DNA from: Thermoanaerobaculia bacterium | Lineage (GTDB): Bacteria > Acidobacteriota > Thermoanaerobaculia > Multivoradales > Multivoraceae | Assembly: GCA_963664405.1 (NCBI GenBank) | Contig: OY761158.1 | Location: 1,472,001-1,536,000, forward strand | Direction of reading: 5' to 3' | DNA length: 64,000 bases | In this document: one piece after another, positions 9,874 to 19,909 of the stretch | Layout: each line of letters begins with the position of its first letter | Numbering within the stretch: the stretch's first letter is position 1 | Translations under genes and position numbers: made by a program | Notes under the pieces: model-generated | Database searches by the model: none | Told to the model about the DNA's origin: nothing | The model's input: the letters and a program-made list of their open reading frames with translations, nothing else

Positions 9874-11892
9874 TCAGTGCACGCGCATGCCCGGCTCAGC
9901 GCCCTCGTCAGGGTGCAGGAGAAAAATCTCGCTCCCTCCTTCTCCCGCAGCCAGAACCATGCCTTCGGAAACGCCAAAGCGCATCTTCCGCGGCGCCAGG
10001 TTCGCGACCACGATGGTCATCCGGCCGGCGAGACTCGCGGGGTCATAGGCAGCCTTGATCCCCGCCAGCACGGTGCGCTCTTCGCCGCCGAGGTCGAGCT
10101 GCAGCCGAATCAGCTTGTCGGCGCCTTCCACCGGCGTCGCCTCGATGATGCGCGCGACACGGAAGTCCAGCTTGGCAAAATCTTCGTAGCTGATCTCGGG
10201 CTCGATGGGGTTCTCCGTCAAGCCCCCCGGGGAGGGCTCGTCGGGCAACTCTTCTTTGGAGCTCTCGATCATCTTCTCGATCGCCTTTTCGTCGACCCGA
10301 GTCATCAGAGCACTATAGCGGTTGATCTCGTGATCCAGGAGCGGTCTGGTGGCATCTTGCCACTGCAAATCAGAGACCCGGAGAAACGCCTCGGCGTTGG
10401 CCGCCGTAACCGGCAGGATCGGCCTCAGATAAACCATCAGGGTGCGAAAGAGATTAATTCCCGTGGTGAGGACCTTGTGCAGCTCGTCGCGGCGGTCCGG
10501 GTCCTTCGCCATCTCCCAAGGCTTGCGCTCGTCGATGTACTTATTGGCATCGTCCGCCAGCGCCATGATCATGCGCACCGCGCGGTTGTAGTTTCGTCCT
10601 TCGAGCTGCGAAGCGATCTCCTCGGCCTGGCCGGCCGCCAGTGCCACCAGCTCCGGATTGTCGAGCGAGATCCCGAGTCGACCGTCGAAGATACGATGGA
10701 GAAAACCGGCGCAGCGGCTGGCGATATTGACCACCTTCCCCACCACGTCGGAGTTGACACGGTTGACGAAGTCTTCGAAATTGATGTCTATGTCGCCCAT
10801 TCCGGTGCCCAACTTGGCGGCGTAGTAGTAGCGCAGGTACTCCGGGTTGAGGTGATCGAGGTATGTTCGAGCGGTGATGTAGGTCCCTCGCGACTTCGAC
10901 ATCTTGGCCCCGTCCACCGTCACGAAGCCATGAACGTAGACCGCTGTCGGCATCCGGAAGCCGGCGGCGTGAAGCATCGCCGGCCAGAACAGACAGTGGA
11001 AGTAGACAACGTCCTTGCCGATGAAGTGATAGACCTCGGCCTCGCTGTCGGCCTTCCAATACTCGTCGAAGTCGAGTCCGAGGCGGTTGGCGTACTCTTT
11101 GAACGACGCCATGTAGCCTATCGGGGCGTCGAGCCAGACATAGAAGTACTTGCCCGGCGCATCGGGTATCTCGAAACCGAAGTACGGCGCGTCGCGAGAG
11201 ATGTCCCAGTCTTTGAGCCCCTCGGAAAACCACTCCTCGAGCTTGTTGACTACTTCCGACTGGAGGCGCTGCGGTGTGACCCAGGCACGGAGTAGTTTCT
11301 CGAAGTCCGCAAGCTTGATGAAGTAGTGCTCAGAGTCCCTCTCTTCAGGCTTGGCCCCGGAATACGCCGAGACCGCATCGATGAGATCCACTGGACTGTA
11401 GATAGCGCCGCAGACCTCACAATTGTCGCCGCTCTGGTTCTCCGACTTGCACTTTGGGCAGGTGCCTCTGATAAAGCGGTCGGCGAGAAAGATCCCGCGC
11501 TCAGGGTCGTAGAACTGGCGCACATTCCGAGTGGTGACGTGGCCCCCTTCGCTCAGTCGGCGGTAGAAGTACTCCGCCAGCTCCCGATTCTCGGGAGAGT
11601 GCGTGGAGTAGTAATTGTCGATACCGACAGCGAAGTCAGCAAGATCGCGAGCGTGCTCTCCCTGGAGACGCGCGATCAGCTCTTCGACTCCGATCCCCTC
11701 CTCCTCTGCACGCAGCATGGTGGCCGTGCCATGTGCATCGTCGGCACAGACATAGCGGCAATCGTGCCCTCTCATCCTCTGTAGGCGCACCCAGATGTCG
11801 GTCTGGATCGCCTCCACCAAATAGCCGAGATGAATCGGCCCATTGGCGTTTGGAAGGGCGCTGGTAACGAGGATCTTGCGTGGTTTGGACAT
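9874..11892 (-). CDS. metG: Methionine--tRNA ligase with C-terminal tRNA-binding domain
   Basis: ADDAHGT, CPKC/CEVC knuckles, [42 protein letters not shown]; HIGH motif reads HLGY. Confidence 0.96.
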   Translation of the reverse strand: MSKPRKILVTSALPNANGPIHLGYLVEAIQTDIWVRLQRMRGHDCRYVCADDAHGTATMLRAEEEGIGVEELIARLQGEHARDLADFAVGIDNYYSTHSPENRELAEYFYRRLSEGGHVTTRNVRQFYDPERGIFLADRFIRGTCPKCKSENQSGDNCEVCGAIYSPVDLIDAVSAYSGAKPEERDSEHYFIKLADFEKLLRAWVTPQRLQSEVVNKLEEWFSEGLKDWDISRDAPYFGFEIPDAPGKYFYVWLDAPIGYMASFKEYANRLGLDFDEYWKADSEAEVYHFIGKDVVYFHCLFWPAMLHAAGFRMPTAVYVHGFVTVDGAKMSKSRGTYITARTYLDHLNPEYLRYYYAAKLGTGMGDIDINFEDFVNRVNSDVVGKVVNIASRCAGFLHRIFDGRLGISLDNPELVALAAGQAEEIASQLEGRNYNRAVRMIMALADDANKYIDERKPWEMAKDPDRRDELHKVLTTGINLFRTLMVYLRPILPVTAANAEAFLRVSDLQWQDATRPLLDHEINRYSALMTRVDEKAIEKMIESSKEELPDEPSPGGLTENPIEPEISYEDFAKLDFRVARIIEATPVEGADKLIRLQLDLGGEERTVLAGIKAAYDPASLAGRMTIVVANLAPRKMRFGVSEGMVLAAGEGGSEIFLLHPDEGAEPGMRVH

Positions 11893-11957
11893 GGCGAAGG
11901 TAGGCCGAGAAGGGAGGCGGGATTCTTTCACGCGGCCAACCTTTCCTCAACGACAGG

Positions 11958-12123
11958 CTAGACCAGCGCTTCCAAAGTTCGTGCTGCATAGCTCGAGGTC
12001 ATTCTGTTCGCTGGCTAGGCGCGCTGACGGAGGCATATTGGGCAATGTGTCGAGGAGGCGAAACGACGCCAGCGGGCAGAAGGGCCCGAGATATGTGCGC
12101 GAACTTTGGAAACGCTGGTCTAG
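11958..12123. mobile_element. CTAG-bounded palindromic MITE-like element, family A copy 1
   Basis: CTAGACCAGCGCTTCCAAAGTTCG ... CGAACTTTGGAAACGCTGGTCTAG; second similar copy at 23543-23711. Confidence 0.8.
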
Positions 12124-12135
12124 GATGGCCTCATC

Positions 12136-13332
12136 GTGCCAGGCACCTTCCCTTTCGCTCGCGGTGCCGTTGTCGCCGGCACGTTGGCATCTCTGTTTGG
12201 GGGATGCTCCCCGACACCCGCGCCGCCCTTTACGGTAGCTCCCTGCAACGAGGGTACCGAGCGCGCCACGATTCCAACCGACCAGCGAGTCGTGCCTCGC
12301 CACGCGAGTAGGTTCCGAGTTGACTACCAGGACGGGCACAAAAGGATCGACATCGTTGACCCGTGGAGAGGCGCTCAATTCGACATCAGCTTCGTGCTCC
12401 TTCCCTGCGGCGAAGAGGCGCCACCCCTCGACCCCGAGACTGTAATCCTGCGAATACCACCACAGCGGGTGGTGACGACCTCGACTACGCAGCTGCCGCA
12501 CTTCATCGCTCTCGATGTCATTGACCATCTTGCCGGCCACAACCGATTCGACTACGTGAGCTCGCCGGAGATCCGCGAGCGCATCGACGCGGGCACGCTG
12601 GTGGAAGTCGGCGACGGCGTACGTCTCAACCCCGAGATGCTCATCGAGCTCGAGCCGGATCTGGTTCTCGCCACCAGTATCGGCAACCCAGAGCTCGACG
12701 TGCTCGGCATGCTGCGAGGGCTCGATCTTCCTTTTGCACTGGACTCGGCATTCATCGAAGAGACCCCACTGGGCCGGGCGGAGTGGATCAAGTTCACCGC
12801 CCTCTTCTTTGACAAAGAGGCCGAAGCAAACCTCCTCTTTGACGGCATCGAAGCTCGATACCAAGCGCTCGCCGAGCTCGGCCGCTCGGCGGCGCGACGA
12901 CCCACCGTGCTCGTGGGTACGCCCTTCCAGGGTACCTGGCACGTCTCCGGCGGAGCCGCCTATCAAGCACGCCTTATCGCGGATGCCGGTGGTTCGTATC
13001 TCTGGGCCGACGATCCGTCGAGCGGGGCCATCCCACTCGACTTCGAAGCGGTTTACGCGCGAGGTCTCAGCGCCGACGTATGGCTCCATCCTTATGGTTG
13101 GAGCAGCCTGAACGATGGCATCCGTTTGGACTCCCGGATGGGTGACTTCGCCGCCTTCCAGAGCGGCCAGGTCTTCAACAACGACAAGCGAACCAACGCG
13201 CACGGAGGCAACGACTACTGGGAGACCGGAAGCCTACGTCCGGACCTCATCCTGGCCGACCTCCTTCACATCCTCCATCCCGAGCTCCTCCCCGATCACG
13301 AGATGGTGTTTCACCGTCGCCTCCCGCAGTGA
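12136..13332 (+). CDS. ABC substrate-binding lipoprotein, iron-siderophore/cobalamin class
   Basis: LFGGC lipobox; PPQRVVTTSTT, EETPLGRAEWIKF, GGNDYWETGSLRPDLILADL. Confidence 0.87.
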   Translation: MPGTFPFARGAVVAGTLASLFGGCSPTPAPPFTVAPCNEGTERATIPTDQRVVPRHASRFRVDYQDGHKRIDIVDPWRGAQFDISFVLLPCGEEAPPLDPETVILRIPPQRVVTTSTTQLPHFIALDVIDHLAGHNRFDYVSSPEIRERIDAGTLVEVGDGVRLNPEMLIELEPDLVLATSIGNPELDVLGMLRGLDLPFALDSAFIEETPLGRAEWIKFTALFFDKEAEANLLFDGIEARYQALAELGRSAARRPTVLVGTPFQGTWHVSGGAAYQARLIADAGGSYLWADDPSSGAIPLDFEAVYARGLSADVWLHPYGWSSLNDGIRLDSRMGDFAAFQSGQVFNNDKRTNAHGGNDYWETGSLRPDLILADLLHILHPELLPDHEMVFHRRLPQ

Positions 13333-13390
13333 GTCGCGATGATGTAGAGTCCCTGGGTTTTAGAGAGGCCGCCTCTCCTGTGGGGACGTC

Positions 13391-16030
13391 GTGAGCAGCA
13401 CAGAGAAAAGTCTAGTCATCGTCGAGTCGCCGGCCAAGGCGCGCACCATCGCCTCTTTCTTGCCCAAGGGCTTCCAGGTGGAGGCGTCGATCGGTCACAT
13501 CCGCGACCTTCCGACATCGGCCGCGGAGATTCCGGCAAGCATCAAGGGCAACTCGTGGGCGCGTCTCGGAATCGATATCGAGAACGGCTTCAAGCCCTTC
13601 TACGTCGTTCCTTCCGAGAAGCGAAAGCAGGTCCAGAAGCTCAAGAAGGCGCTCAAAGATGCCGACGTCGTCTACCTCGCAACTGACGAAGATCGGGAGG
13701 GAGAGTCGATCAGTTGGCATCTCACCGAGGTGCTCAAGCCGAAGGTCCCTCTCCGGCGGCTGGTCTTTCACGAGATCACCAAAGAAGCCATCCAGCGAGC
13801 TTTGGAGCAGCCTCGCGAGCTCGACCAGGGTTTGGTCCGGGCGCAAGAAGCTCGCCGCATTCTCGACCGCCTTTACGGCTACGAGATCTCGCCTATCTTG
13901 TGGCGCAAGATCCGACCCCGCTTGTCGGCCGGGCGAGTACAGTCGGTAGCGGTTCGCCTCTGTGTCGATCGCGAGCGCCTACGGCGCCGCTTCGTGCGTT
14001 CCGGCTACTGGGATCTACGTGCCACTTTCGTAACCGACAAGAACGAGAGCTTCGAGGCTGACCTGGTCCGCATCGGGGAGAATCGTCTGGTCAGCGGCAA
14101 AGACTTCGACTCCGCGACCGGCGATCTCAAGGCCGACGCAGCCGGCCTGCTTCAACTCTCGGAGGAGCGAGCCCTCGAGCTAGCCGAAGGGCTCAAAGAG
14201 GCATCGTGGCAGGTGAGCGAGGTCGAGGAGCGGCCGTACACGACCAACCCGGCGCCGCCCTTCACCACCAGCACTCTCCAACAGGACGCCAATCGCACGC
14301 TGCGATACAGCGCACGCCGAACGATGCAGATCGCGCAGCGCCTTTACGAGAACGGTCACATCACCTACATGCGTACCGACTCCACGACTTTGGCGGAGTC
14401 GGCAGTCACCAGCATCCGCTCGCTGATCCAAAAACGGTATGGAGAGGAGTATCTTTCCTCCAAGAGCCTCCAGTACAGCACCAAGGTCAAGAATGCCCAG
14501 GAGGCCCACGAAGCCATTCGTCCCTCGAGCGTCTTCAAAAGACCTCGCGAGCTCGCCCAAGAGGTCGGAAGCGATGAGCTCAAGCTCTACGAGCTCATCT
14601 GGAAGCGCACCATGGCTTGTCAGATGGCACAGGCACGGGGCCATAACGTGACCGTCAGAGTGTCGGATAGCGAGGCCGTCTTTGCGGCAAGAGGCAAAAC
14701 GATCGAGTTCCCGGGTTTCCTGCGCGCCTACGCGGAAGGGTCCGACGAGCCGGCCGCCGTCTTGGCCGATCGGGAGATCCTGCTGCCCCGGGTTGCAGTG
14801 GACGAGGCTCTCGACTGCAGCAACCTCGATGCTCGCGGCCACACCACCCAGCCGCCCGCCCGCTACACGGAAGCCTCCCTGGTGAAGGAGCTCGAAGCAA
14901 AAGGCATCGGCCGCCCTTCGACCTACGCCTCGATCATGGACACGATTCTGCACCGCGAATATGTCGTGAAACAGGGCAACGCACTGGTACCGACATTCAC
15001 CGCTTTCGCCGTCGTCAAACTGCTCGAAAACTTCTTCGCCGACCTGGTCGATGTCGACTTCACCGCCCGAATGGAGAATGCCCTCGACGAGATCTCTCTC
15101 GGCAAGAGGGAGTCCCTCCCCTACCTACACCGTATCTACTACGGCCTCGACAACGAACAAGGGCTCCACGCCTTGACCCTGCAGGACATCGACGCCCGAG
15201 AGTCGTGCACACTCCTGGTGGCCAATGACGAGAACGGCGAGGCGGTCAACGTTCGTGTCGGCCGCTACGGTCCTTACATCGAGCGCGGCGACGAGCGGGC
15301 GTCGATACCGGACAAGGTCACGCCGGACGAGCTCTCTCTAGAGATGGCTCTCGAGCTTCTCGAAAAAGGCTCGGGGCCCCGTGAGCTCGGTCTCGACGAT
15401 GCCTCCGGAAAGCAGGTGTACGTGAAGACCGGCCGCTTTGGTGCGTACGTACAGCTCGGCGACGCGGACGACGACGAGAAGCCCAAGATGAAGTCTTTGC
15501 TGCCCGCGATGGAGGCGGAGACCGTTGGAATCGAGGAGGCTTTGGCGCTCCTTTCTCTGCCCCGCTCGATCGGCGTCGACCCGCAAACCGGCGAAGAGAT
15601 CTTTGTCGATCTCGGCCGTTACGGGGCCTATGTCAAGAGCGGGAAGGAGACCCGCAGCCTCGACGCTCCCGAGCAGGTACTCACCGTCAGTCTCGACCAG
15701 GCCGTCGCCAAGCTTCGAGAAGAAAAGAAAAGCCGACGCGGCGCACCAGCGGTTCTCAAAGAGCTCGGGAATAACCCCGAAGGCGTGGCGATCCGGCTTC
15801 TCGACGGTCGTTTTGGCCCCTATGTAGCCGACGGTAAAACCAATGCGTCGGTGCCGAAGGGTACAGATCCCGACAGCGTGACTCTGCAGGACGCTCTCGA
15901 CCTGATTCAGATCAGAGAGGCCAAGGGTCCACGCAAACGACCTGCCCGCGCCAAAAAGAAAGTCGCCAAAAAGAAGGTCGCTAAGAAGAAGGCAGCGAGG
16001 AAAAAGGCCACCGCCAAGAAAAAGACCTGA
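13391..16030 (+). CDS. topA: DNA topoisomerase I (type IA) with C-terminal GRY/FGxY repeats and a Lys-rich tail, no Zn ribbons
   Basis: IVESPAKA, ATDEDREGE, SAGRVQS, ITYMRTDS, AQEAHEAIRP, GIGRPSTY. Confidence 0.97.
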   Translation: MSSTEKSLVIVESPAKARTIASFLPKGFQVEASIGHIRDLPTSAAEIPASIKGNSWARLGIDIENGFKPFYVVPSEKRKQVQKLKKALKDADVVYLATDEDREGESISWHLTEVLKPKVPLRRLVFHEITKEAIQRALEQPRELDQGLVRAQEARRILDRLYGYEISPILWRKIRPRLSAGRVQSVAVRLCVDRERLRRRFVRSGYWDLRATFVTDKNESFEADLVRIGENRLVSGKDFDSATGDLKADAAGLLQLSEERALELAEGLKEASWQVSEVEERPYTTNPAPPFTTSTLQQDANRTLRYSARRTMQIAQRLYENGHITYMRTDSTTLAESAVTSIRSLIQKRYGEEYLSSKSLQYSTKVKNAQEAHEAIRPSSVFKRPRELAQEVGSDELKLYELIWKRTMACQMAQARGHNVTVRVSDSEAVFAARGKTIEFPGFLRAYAEGSDEPAAVLADREILLPRVAVDEALDCSNLDARGHTTQPPARYTEASLVKELEAKGIGRPSTYASIMDTILHREYVVKQGNALVPTFTAFAVVKLLENFFADLVDVDFTARMENALDEISLGKRESLPYLHRIYYGLDNEQGLHALTLQDIDARESCTLLVANDENGEAVNVRVGRYGPYIERGDERASIPDKVTPDELSLEMALELLEKGSGPRELGLDDASGKQVYVKTGRFGAYVQLGDADDDEKPKMKSLLPAMEAETVGIEEALALLSLPRSIGVDPQTGEEIFVDLGRYGAYVKSGKETRSLDAPEQVLTVSLDQAVAKLREEKKSRRGAPAVLKELGNNPEGVAIRLLDGRFGPYVADGKTNASVPKGTDPDSVTLQDALDLIQIREAKGPRKRPARAKKKVAKKKVAKKKAARKKATAKKKT

Positions 16031-16049
16031 CCGACACGGTCCAAAGCCC

Positions 16050-16083
16050 GGACGGCCTCCAAATGCGCCGTCCCTGGCGCCAT
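16050..16083. repeat. Short REP/terminator-like hairpin GGACGGC..GCCGTCC downstream of topA
   Basis: Reverse complement resembles 61751-61782. Confidence 0.4.
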
Positions 16084-16191
16084 GTCACGCCCTTAACGGC
16101 CGGAGGGATAGATCCCAAGTTATAGTTTCAGATTGCCGCGGACCCTAGGCCACGCCGGATCCGCGACCTGACCACGATAAGAGGAAGAACG

Positions 16192-17358
16192 ATGGATCTG
16201 AGCACCTCACCTCAGCAGGAAGCACTCCTAGCCAGCGTGCGACAGGCCTGCGCCCGCTTCGACGACGACTACTGGCTCGACCTCGACAATCGCGCAGAGT
16301 TCCCCTTCGAATTTCACACCGCGATGGCGGAGGCTGGAGTGCTCGGCATAGCGATGCCCGAGCAATATGGGGGCACCGGTCTGGGCGTAACCGAAGCGGC
16401 TCTGGTGATGCACGAGGTCGCCCGCTCCTCGGGAGCCATGAGCGCCGCTTCGGCCATCCACATCAACATCTTCGGCCCACACCCCATCGTCGTCTTCGGC
16501 ACTGAAGAGCAGCGCCAACGCTGGCTCCCGGATCTCATCGAGGGTCGCGTGAAGACCTGTTTCGGTGTTACCGAGGCCGACGCCGGGCTCGACACCACCA
16601 GCATCAAGACTCGTGCCGATCGCGATGGCGACCACTACCGCGTCAACGGCAAGAAAATCTGGACCACCACCGCCCAGGAAGCAGACAAGATCATGCTTCT
16701 CACCCGTACGACCGCCAAGGAAGACAGCCGCAAGCGGACCGACGGGCTCACTCTCTTCTACACCGACCTCGACCGAGATTACGTCGACGTTCGGGTGATC
16801 CCCAAGATGGGCCGTGCCGCGGTCGACTCCAACGAGGTCTTTTTCGATGACCTACCGGTACCCGCAGCCGATCGAATCGGCGAAGAGGGCAGGGCCTTCG
16901 AGTACCTTCTCCACAGCCTCAACCCCGAGCGCATTCTGATCGGCGCCGAGGCCGTTGGAATCGGCCGCAACGCGCTCGCGCGGGCTGCCGACTACGCCCG
17001 CGAACGGGTTGTCTTCGGCCGCCCCATAGGTAAGAACCAATCGATTCAGCATCCTCTGGCCGAGAGCTGGATGGAGCTCGAGGCCGCATTTCTCATGTGT
17101 CTGCGCGCCGCCGACCTCTATGACACAGGCGAGCCCTGCGGTCCCCACGCGAATGCCGCCAAGTACCTCGGTGCCGAAGCCGGGTTTCGGGCCTGCACAC
17201 GGGCGGTCATGACCCACGGCGGCATGGGCTACGCCAAGGAGTACCACGTCGAGCGTCTGATGCGGGAGATCATGATCGCGCGTTTGGCGCCGGTGAGCCC
17301 TCAACTCATTCTCTGCAATGTGGCGGAGAAGGTGCTCGGGCTGCCGAAGAGCTACTGA
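16192..17358 (+). CDS. Acyl-CoA dehydrogenase
   Basis: FGVTEADAGLD, NGKKIWTT, LNPERI, RVVFGRPIGKNQSIQHPLA, HGGMGYAKEY. Confidence 0.95.
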   Translation: MDLSTSPQQEALLASVRQACARFDDDYWLDLDNRAEFPFEFHTAMAEAGVLGIAMPEQYGGTGLGVTEAALVMHEVARSSGAMSAASAIHINIFGPHPIVVFGTEEQRQRWLPDLIEGRVKTCFGVTEADAGLDTTSIKTRADRDGDHYRVNGKKIWTTTAQEADKIMLLTRTTAKEDSRKRTDGLTLFYTDLDRDYVDVRVIPKMGRAAVDSNEVFFDDLPVPAADRIGEEGRAFEYLLHSLNPERILIGAEAVGIGRNALARAADYARERVVFGRPIGKNQSIQHPLAESWMELEAAFLMCLRAADLYDTGEPCGPHANAAKYLGAEAGFRACTRAVMTHGGMGYAKEYHVERLMREIMIARLAPVSPQLILCNVAEKVLGLPKSY

Positions 17359-17367
17359 GGGGGAGAA

Positions 17368-18474
17368 GTGAAGCAGACTCGAGCCCATAGCCTCGACCGC
17401 GACCTGAGCGCCGGCGCCGTCTGCCTAACTGTTTTACTGGCGAGTCCCGCTCTCGCCGCAGAGCGCTACGCTCTCGACATCGCCGTCAGCGATGACGCGA
17501 GCAAGACACCTCTGATCCTTCTCAAGGACACCGAGGCGCAAGTCGAAGCCGCGATCGCCCCCTCGAAGGGAGGGGAGCTGAGTGGCCTCAAGGTCCACTA
17601 CCAGGGCCGCTGGATCGAGACCTTGTACTTGGCTCGAGACTACTCGCCGCGCGAGAGCTGGAAAGGGAAGGCGCCCCTTCTATGGCCGGCGACAGGACGC
17701 AACTTTCCGCCCGACCTGGAGGCCCGGCGCAAGGCCGGCGAGGACTTCAGCGACGGCGCCTATCTTGTCGAAGGCAAGCGATACGAGATGCCTATCCATG
17801 GATTCGCCCGCGATCTGCCATGGCGGGTGACCCAGAAAGCGGCAACCGACCGAAGCGTCTCGGCAACAGTCTCACTGAGCGACACACCCGAGACCCGGCT
17901 GCGCTATCCCTTCGGGTTCGCCATCGACGCGGTCTATACGATCCAAGAAGGCGCCCTCACAATCGGGTACCAAATCCACGCAGCGAAAGCCAACGAAGGT
18001 GAGATGCCCTTCTCGATCGGCAATCACATCACTTTCACCAGCCCTCTCGTAGCCGGCACCGACCCGACTGAAATGGAGCTCGCCACGCCCTCGACAACGG
18101 AGCTCCTGAGAACCGCATACGGCACTCCGACCGGAGAAAGCCGCCCCCGCAATCTGGCCGCGGGTGTCAAGCTCGGCGGCTTCGAACGGCTCAGCGCCGT
18201 GCCGCTGACGGGATACGAGGGCGACCCTTACGTCATCTACAGCGATCCACAGGGGCTGGCGATCCGCATGTCGCACCGGGCATCCGAGATTCCGCCGCAA
18301 CCGGTAGTGCTCTTCAATAACTGGGGAGACGTCCGCGGCGGGTTCTTCAGCCCCGAGCCCTGGGTCGGACTGCCGAACTCACTCGTCCTCGGCAAAGGAC
18401 TGACCCGACTCGCGCCCGGCGACACTTTCAGCTGGACGATCCGTATAGAGTTCAGCCGGAGCGGGCAGGAGTAG
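17368..18474 (+). CDS. Secreted aldose 1-epimerase/galactose mutarotase-like protein
   Basis: Signal peptide; APLLWP, IHGFAR, YPFGF, MPFSIGNH, FFSPEPW. Confidence 0.8.
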   Translation: MKQTRAHSLDRDLSAGAVCLTVLLASPALAAERYALDIAVSDDASKTPLILLKDTEAQVEAAIAPSKGGELSGLKVHYQGRWIETLYLARDYSPRESWKGKAPLLWPATGRNFPPDLEARRKAGEDFSDGAYLVEGKRYEMPIHGFARDLPWRVTQKAATDRSVSATVSLSDTPETRLRYPFGFAIDAVYTIQEGALTIGYQIHAAKANEGEMPFSIGNHITFTSPLVAGTDPTEMELATPSTTELLRTAYGTPTGESRPRNLAAGVKLGGFERLSAVPLTGYEGDPYVIYSDPQGLAIRMSHRASEIPPQPVVLFNNWGDVRGGFFSPEPWVGLPNSLVLGKGLTRLAPGDTFSWTIRIEFSRSGQE

Positions 18475-18487
18475 ACCGGGGCCGAAG

Positions 18488-18752
18488 CTACCCGGCCGCC
18501 GGTGACGAGGCATAGCGAGCCAGCGCTTCCTCGATCGTCGAGCGAGTCACGCCCTGATTCTCGAGCACCTCGCTCAACCAGGGTGGAAGCTCTTGTGCAG
18601 CGACCGAGATCGGGTCTGGGATCCCACTGAGGTGGGCTGCCTGTCGGGCGTAGAGACGCACGTACCCTGAGGGCCGAGGGTCGCCACTGAGCTCGTGCAT
18701 AGCGAAGGGATCCGGCGAGCTCGAACGGCCGCCAGGGTCGAAGAAGACATCG
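18488..18752 (-). pseudogene. 3' part of the alpha/beta-hydrolase-fold gene interrupted by the IS21 element
   Basis: Removing the IS and one CATCG joins ..GVPAD to VFFDPGG..PDPFAMHELSGDPRP.. in frame (663 nt, 220 aa). Confidence 0.85.
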
Positions 18753-18761
18753 TGTTACCGG

Positions 18762-19118
18762 CTACGAGAAAGCGCACTTAGTTGGCTGCGAGTCGGTTTT
18801 TTGTCCCCGCGAGGCGTGACTCAGGGTGTGGCGCAGATAGTCGAGGTACCCCTCGGGGGGTGGCGTCGTGGGGAGTTCTCGGAGGATGGGGAGAAAGTAG
18901 GCGAGGGATCGGATGGGCTGGAGCTTTGGTAGGCGCGGATCTCGGCATGCGCGTCGGGCGGAGCCGAGGAGGAGGGCGGCCTGGAGGACGGTGAGAGGCA
19001 GGTCTTGGTCGAAGAGCTGGTCGACGATGACGCGGTCGCCGTGGTGGAAGCGGTGCGGGGTGTCGGGAAGGAGTCGATAGAGGCGGAGGAGCTGGCGCCG
19101 ATAGTGGCTTCGGGTCAT
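18762..19118 (-). CDS. IS-internal hypothetical protein (ORF4)
   Basis: ATG overlaps the istB TGA; LYRLLPDTP..AALLLGSARR..PIRSLAYFLP..YLDYLR; stop lies inside the IR. Confidence 0.65.
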   Translation of the reverse strand: MTRSHYRRQLLRLYRLLPDTPHRFHHGDRVIVDQLFDQDLPLTVLQAALLLGSARRACRDPRLPKLQPIRSLAYFLPILRELPTTPPPEGYLDYLRHTLSHASRGQKTDSQPTKCAFS

Positions 19119-19909
19119 GAGCGTCGTCGTGCTGCGCTCCGCCTTTTGGCGCGGTCCTTGGCCTTTTTTTCAGCAGCCTCCTTGGCCTCCTTGCGGCGAT
19201 AGGAGTTAGCCTCGATCTTGACGATCTCGGCGTGGTGGGTGAGTCGATCGACGAGAGTGACGACGCAGGAGGCGTTGGGAAAGACCTCGGCCCATTCGGC
19301 GAAGGGCTTGTTGGTGGTGAGAAGAATGGGCTTGTTGCCGTATCTCCTGGAGACGACCTCGAAGAGGAGATCCGCGTGGCGGTGGTCGTAGGAGAGATAG
19401 CCGAGCTCATCGATTGCCAAAAGCGAGGGTCGGGTGTATTTGGAGAGCCTTCTCTGGAGCGCCGAGGGGGTTTCCTGGACGGCGAGATCGTTGAGCATGT
19501 CGGAGGCGGTGACGAAGCTGGCGGTGGCCCCTCGTTGCAGCGCCTGGTAGAGGAGGTTCTTGGCAATCATGGTCTTGCCGACACCGTTGGGTCCGAGGAG
19601 GATGACGTTGGTGATGTCGTCGAGGAATTGGAGGGTGAGCAGATCCTGGATCTGCTCGCGGTCGATGCGCTGGGGCCAGGAGAAGTCGAAGTCGGCGATG
19701 CTCTTGAAGAGCCCGACGCGGCTGGTGCGGATGCGCCGTTCGAGGCTGCGCCGTTTGCGCTCGGCCTCTTCTTTGCGCAGCAGCTGTTCGAGCCAGGGCT
19801 GTTCTCGGTAGGTGCCCCAGTCGTCGACGAGGGCGTAGAAGCCGAGGGATCGGGCGAGCTCTCGTAGTGGTTCGTCAGGGATCGTTGGACTCTTCCTGGG
19901 TCGGGCCAT
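19115..19909 (-). CDS. istB: IS21 helper AAA+ ATPase
   Basis: FDFSWP, GPNGVGKT, LLAIDELGY, RRY, TTN, VDRLTHH, SYR; GGAGG before ATG 19909. Confidence 0.95.
   Translation of the reverse strand: MARPRKSPTIPDEPLRELARSLGFYALVDDWGTYREQPWLEQLLRKEEAERKRRSLERRIRTSRVGLFKSIADFDFSWPQRIDREQIQDLLTLQFLDDITNVILLGPNGVGKTMIAKNLLYQALQRGATASFVTASDMLNDLAVQETPSALQRRLSKYTRPSLLAIDELGYLSYDHRHADLLFEVVSRRYGNKPILLTTNKPFAEWAEVFPNASCVVTLVDRLTHHAEIVKIEANSYRRKEAKEAAEKKAKDRAKRRSAARRRS

Noticed and set aside
9754-11295. Long antisense ORFs (also 11947-13203, 20073-21251, 28215-29483, 56809-57945)
   Set aside because: Shadows of real genes on the opposite strand in high-GC DNA, with no motifs
11893-12135. Cobalamin riboswitch ahead of the substrate-binding protein
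   Set aside because: No B12-box motifs; the structured sequence is a repeat that recurs at 23543
15940-16030. Separate histone H1-like gene
   Set aside because: It is the Lys/Ala-rich tail of TopA, a known feature of enzymes lacking Zn ribbons
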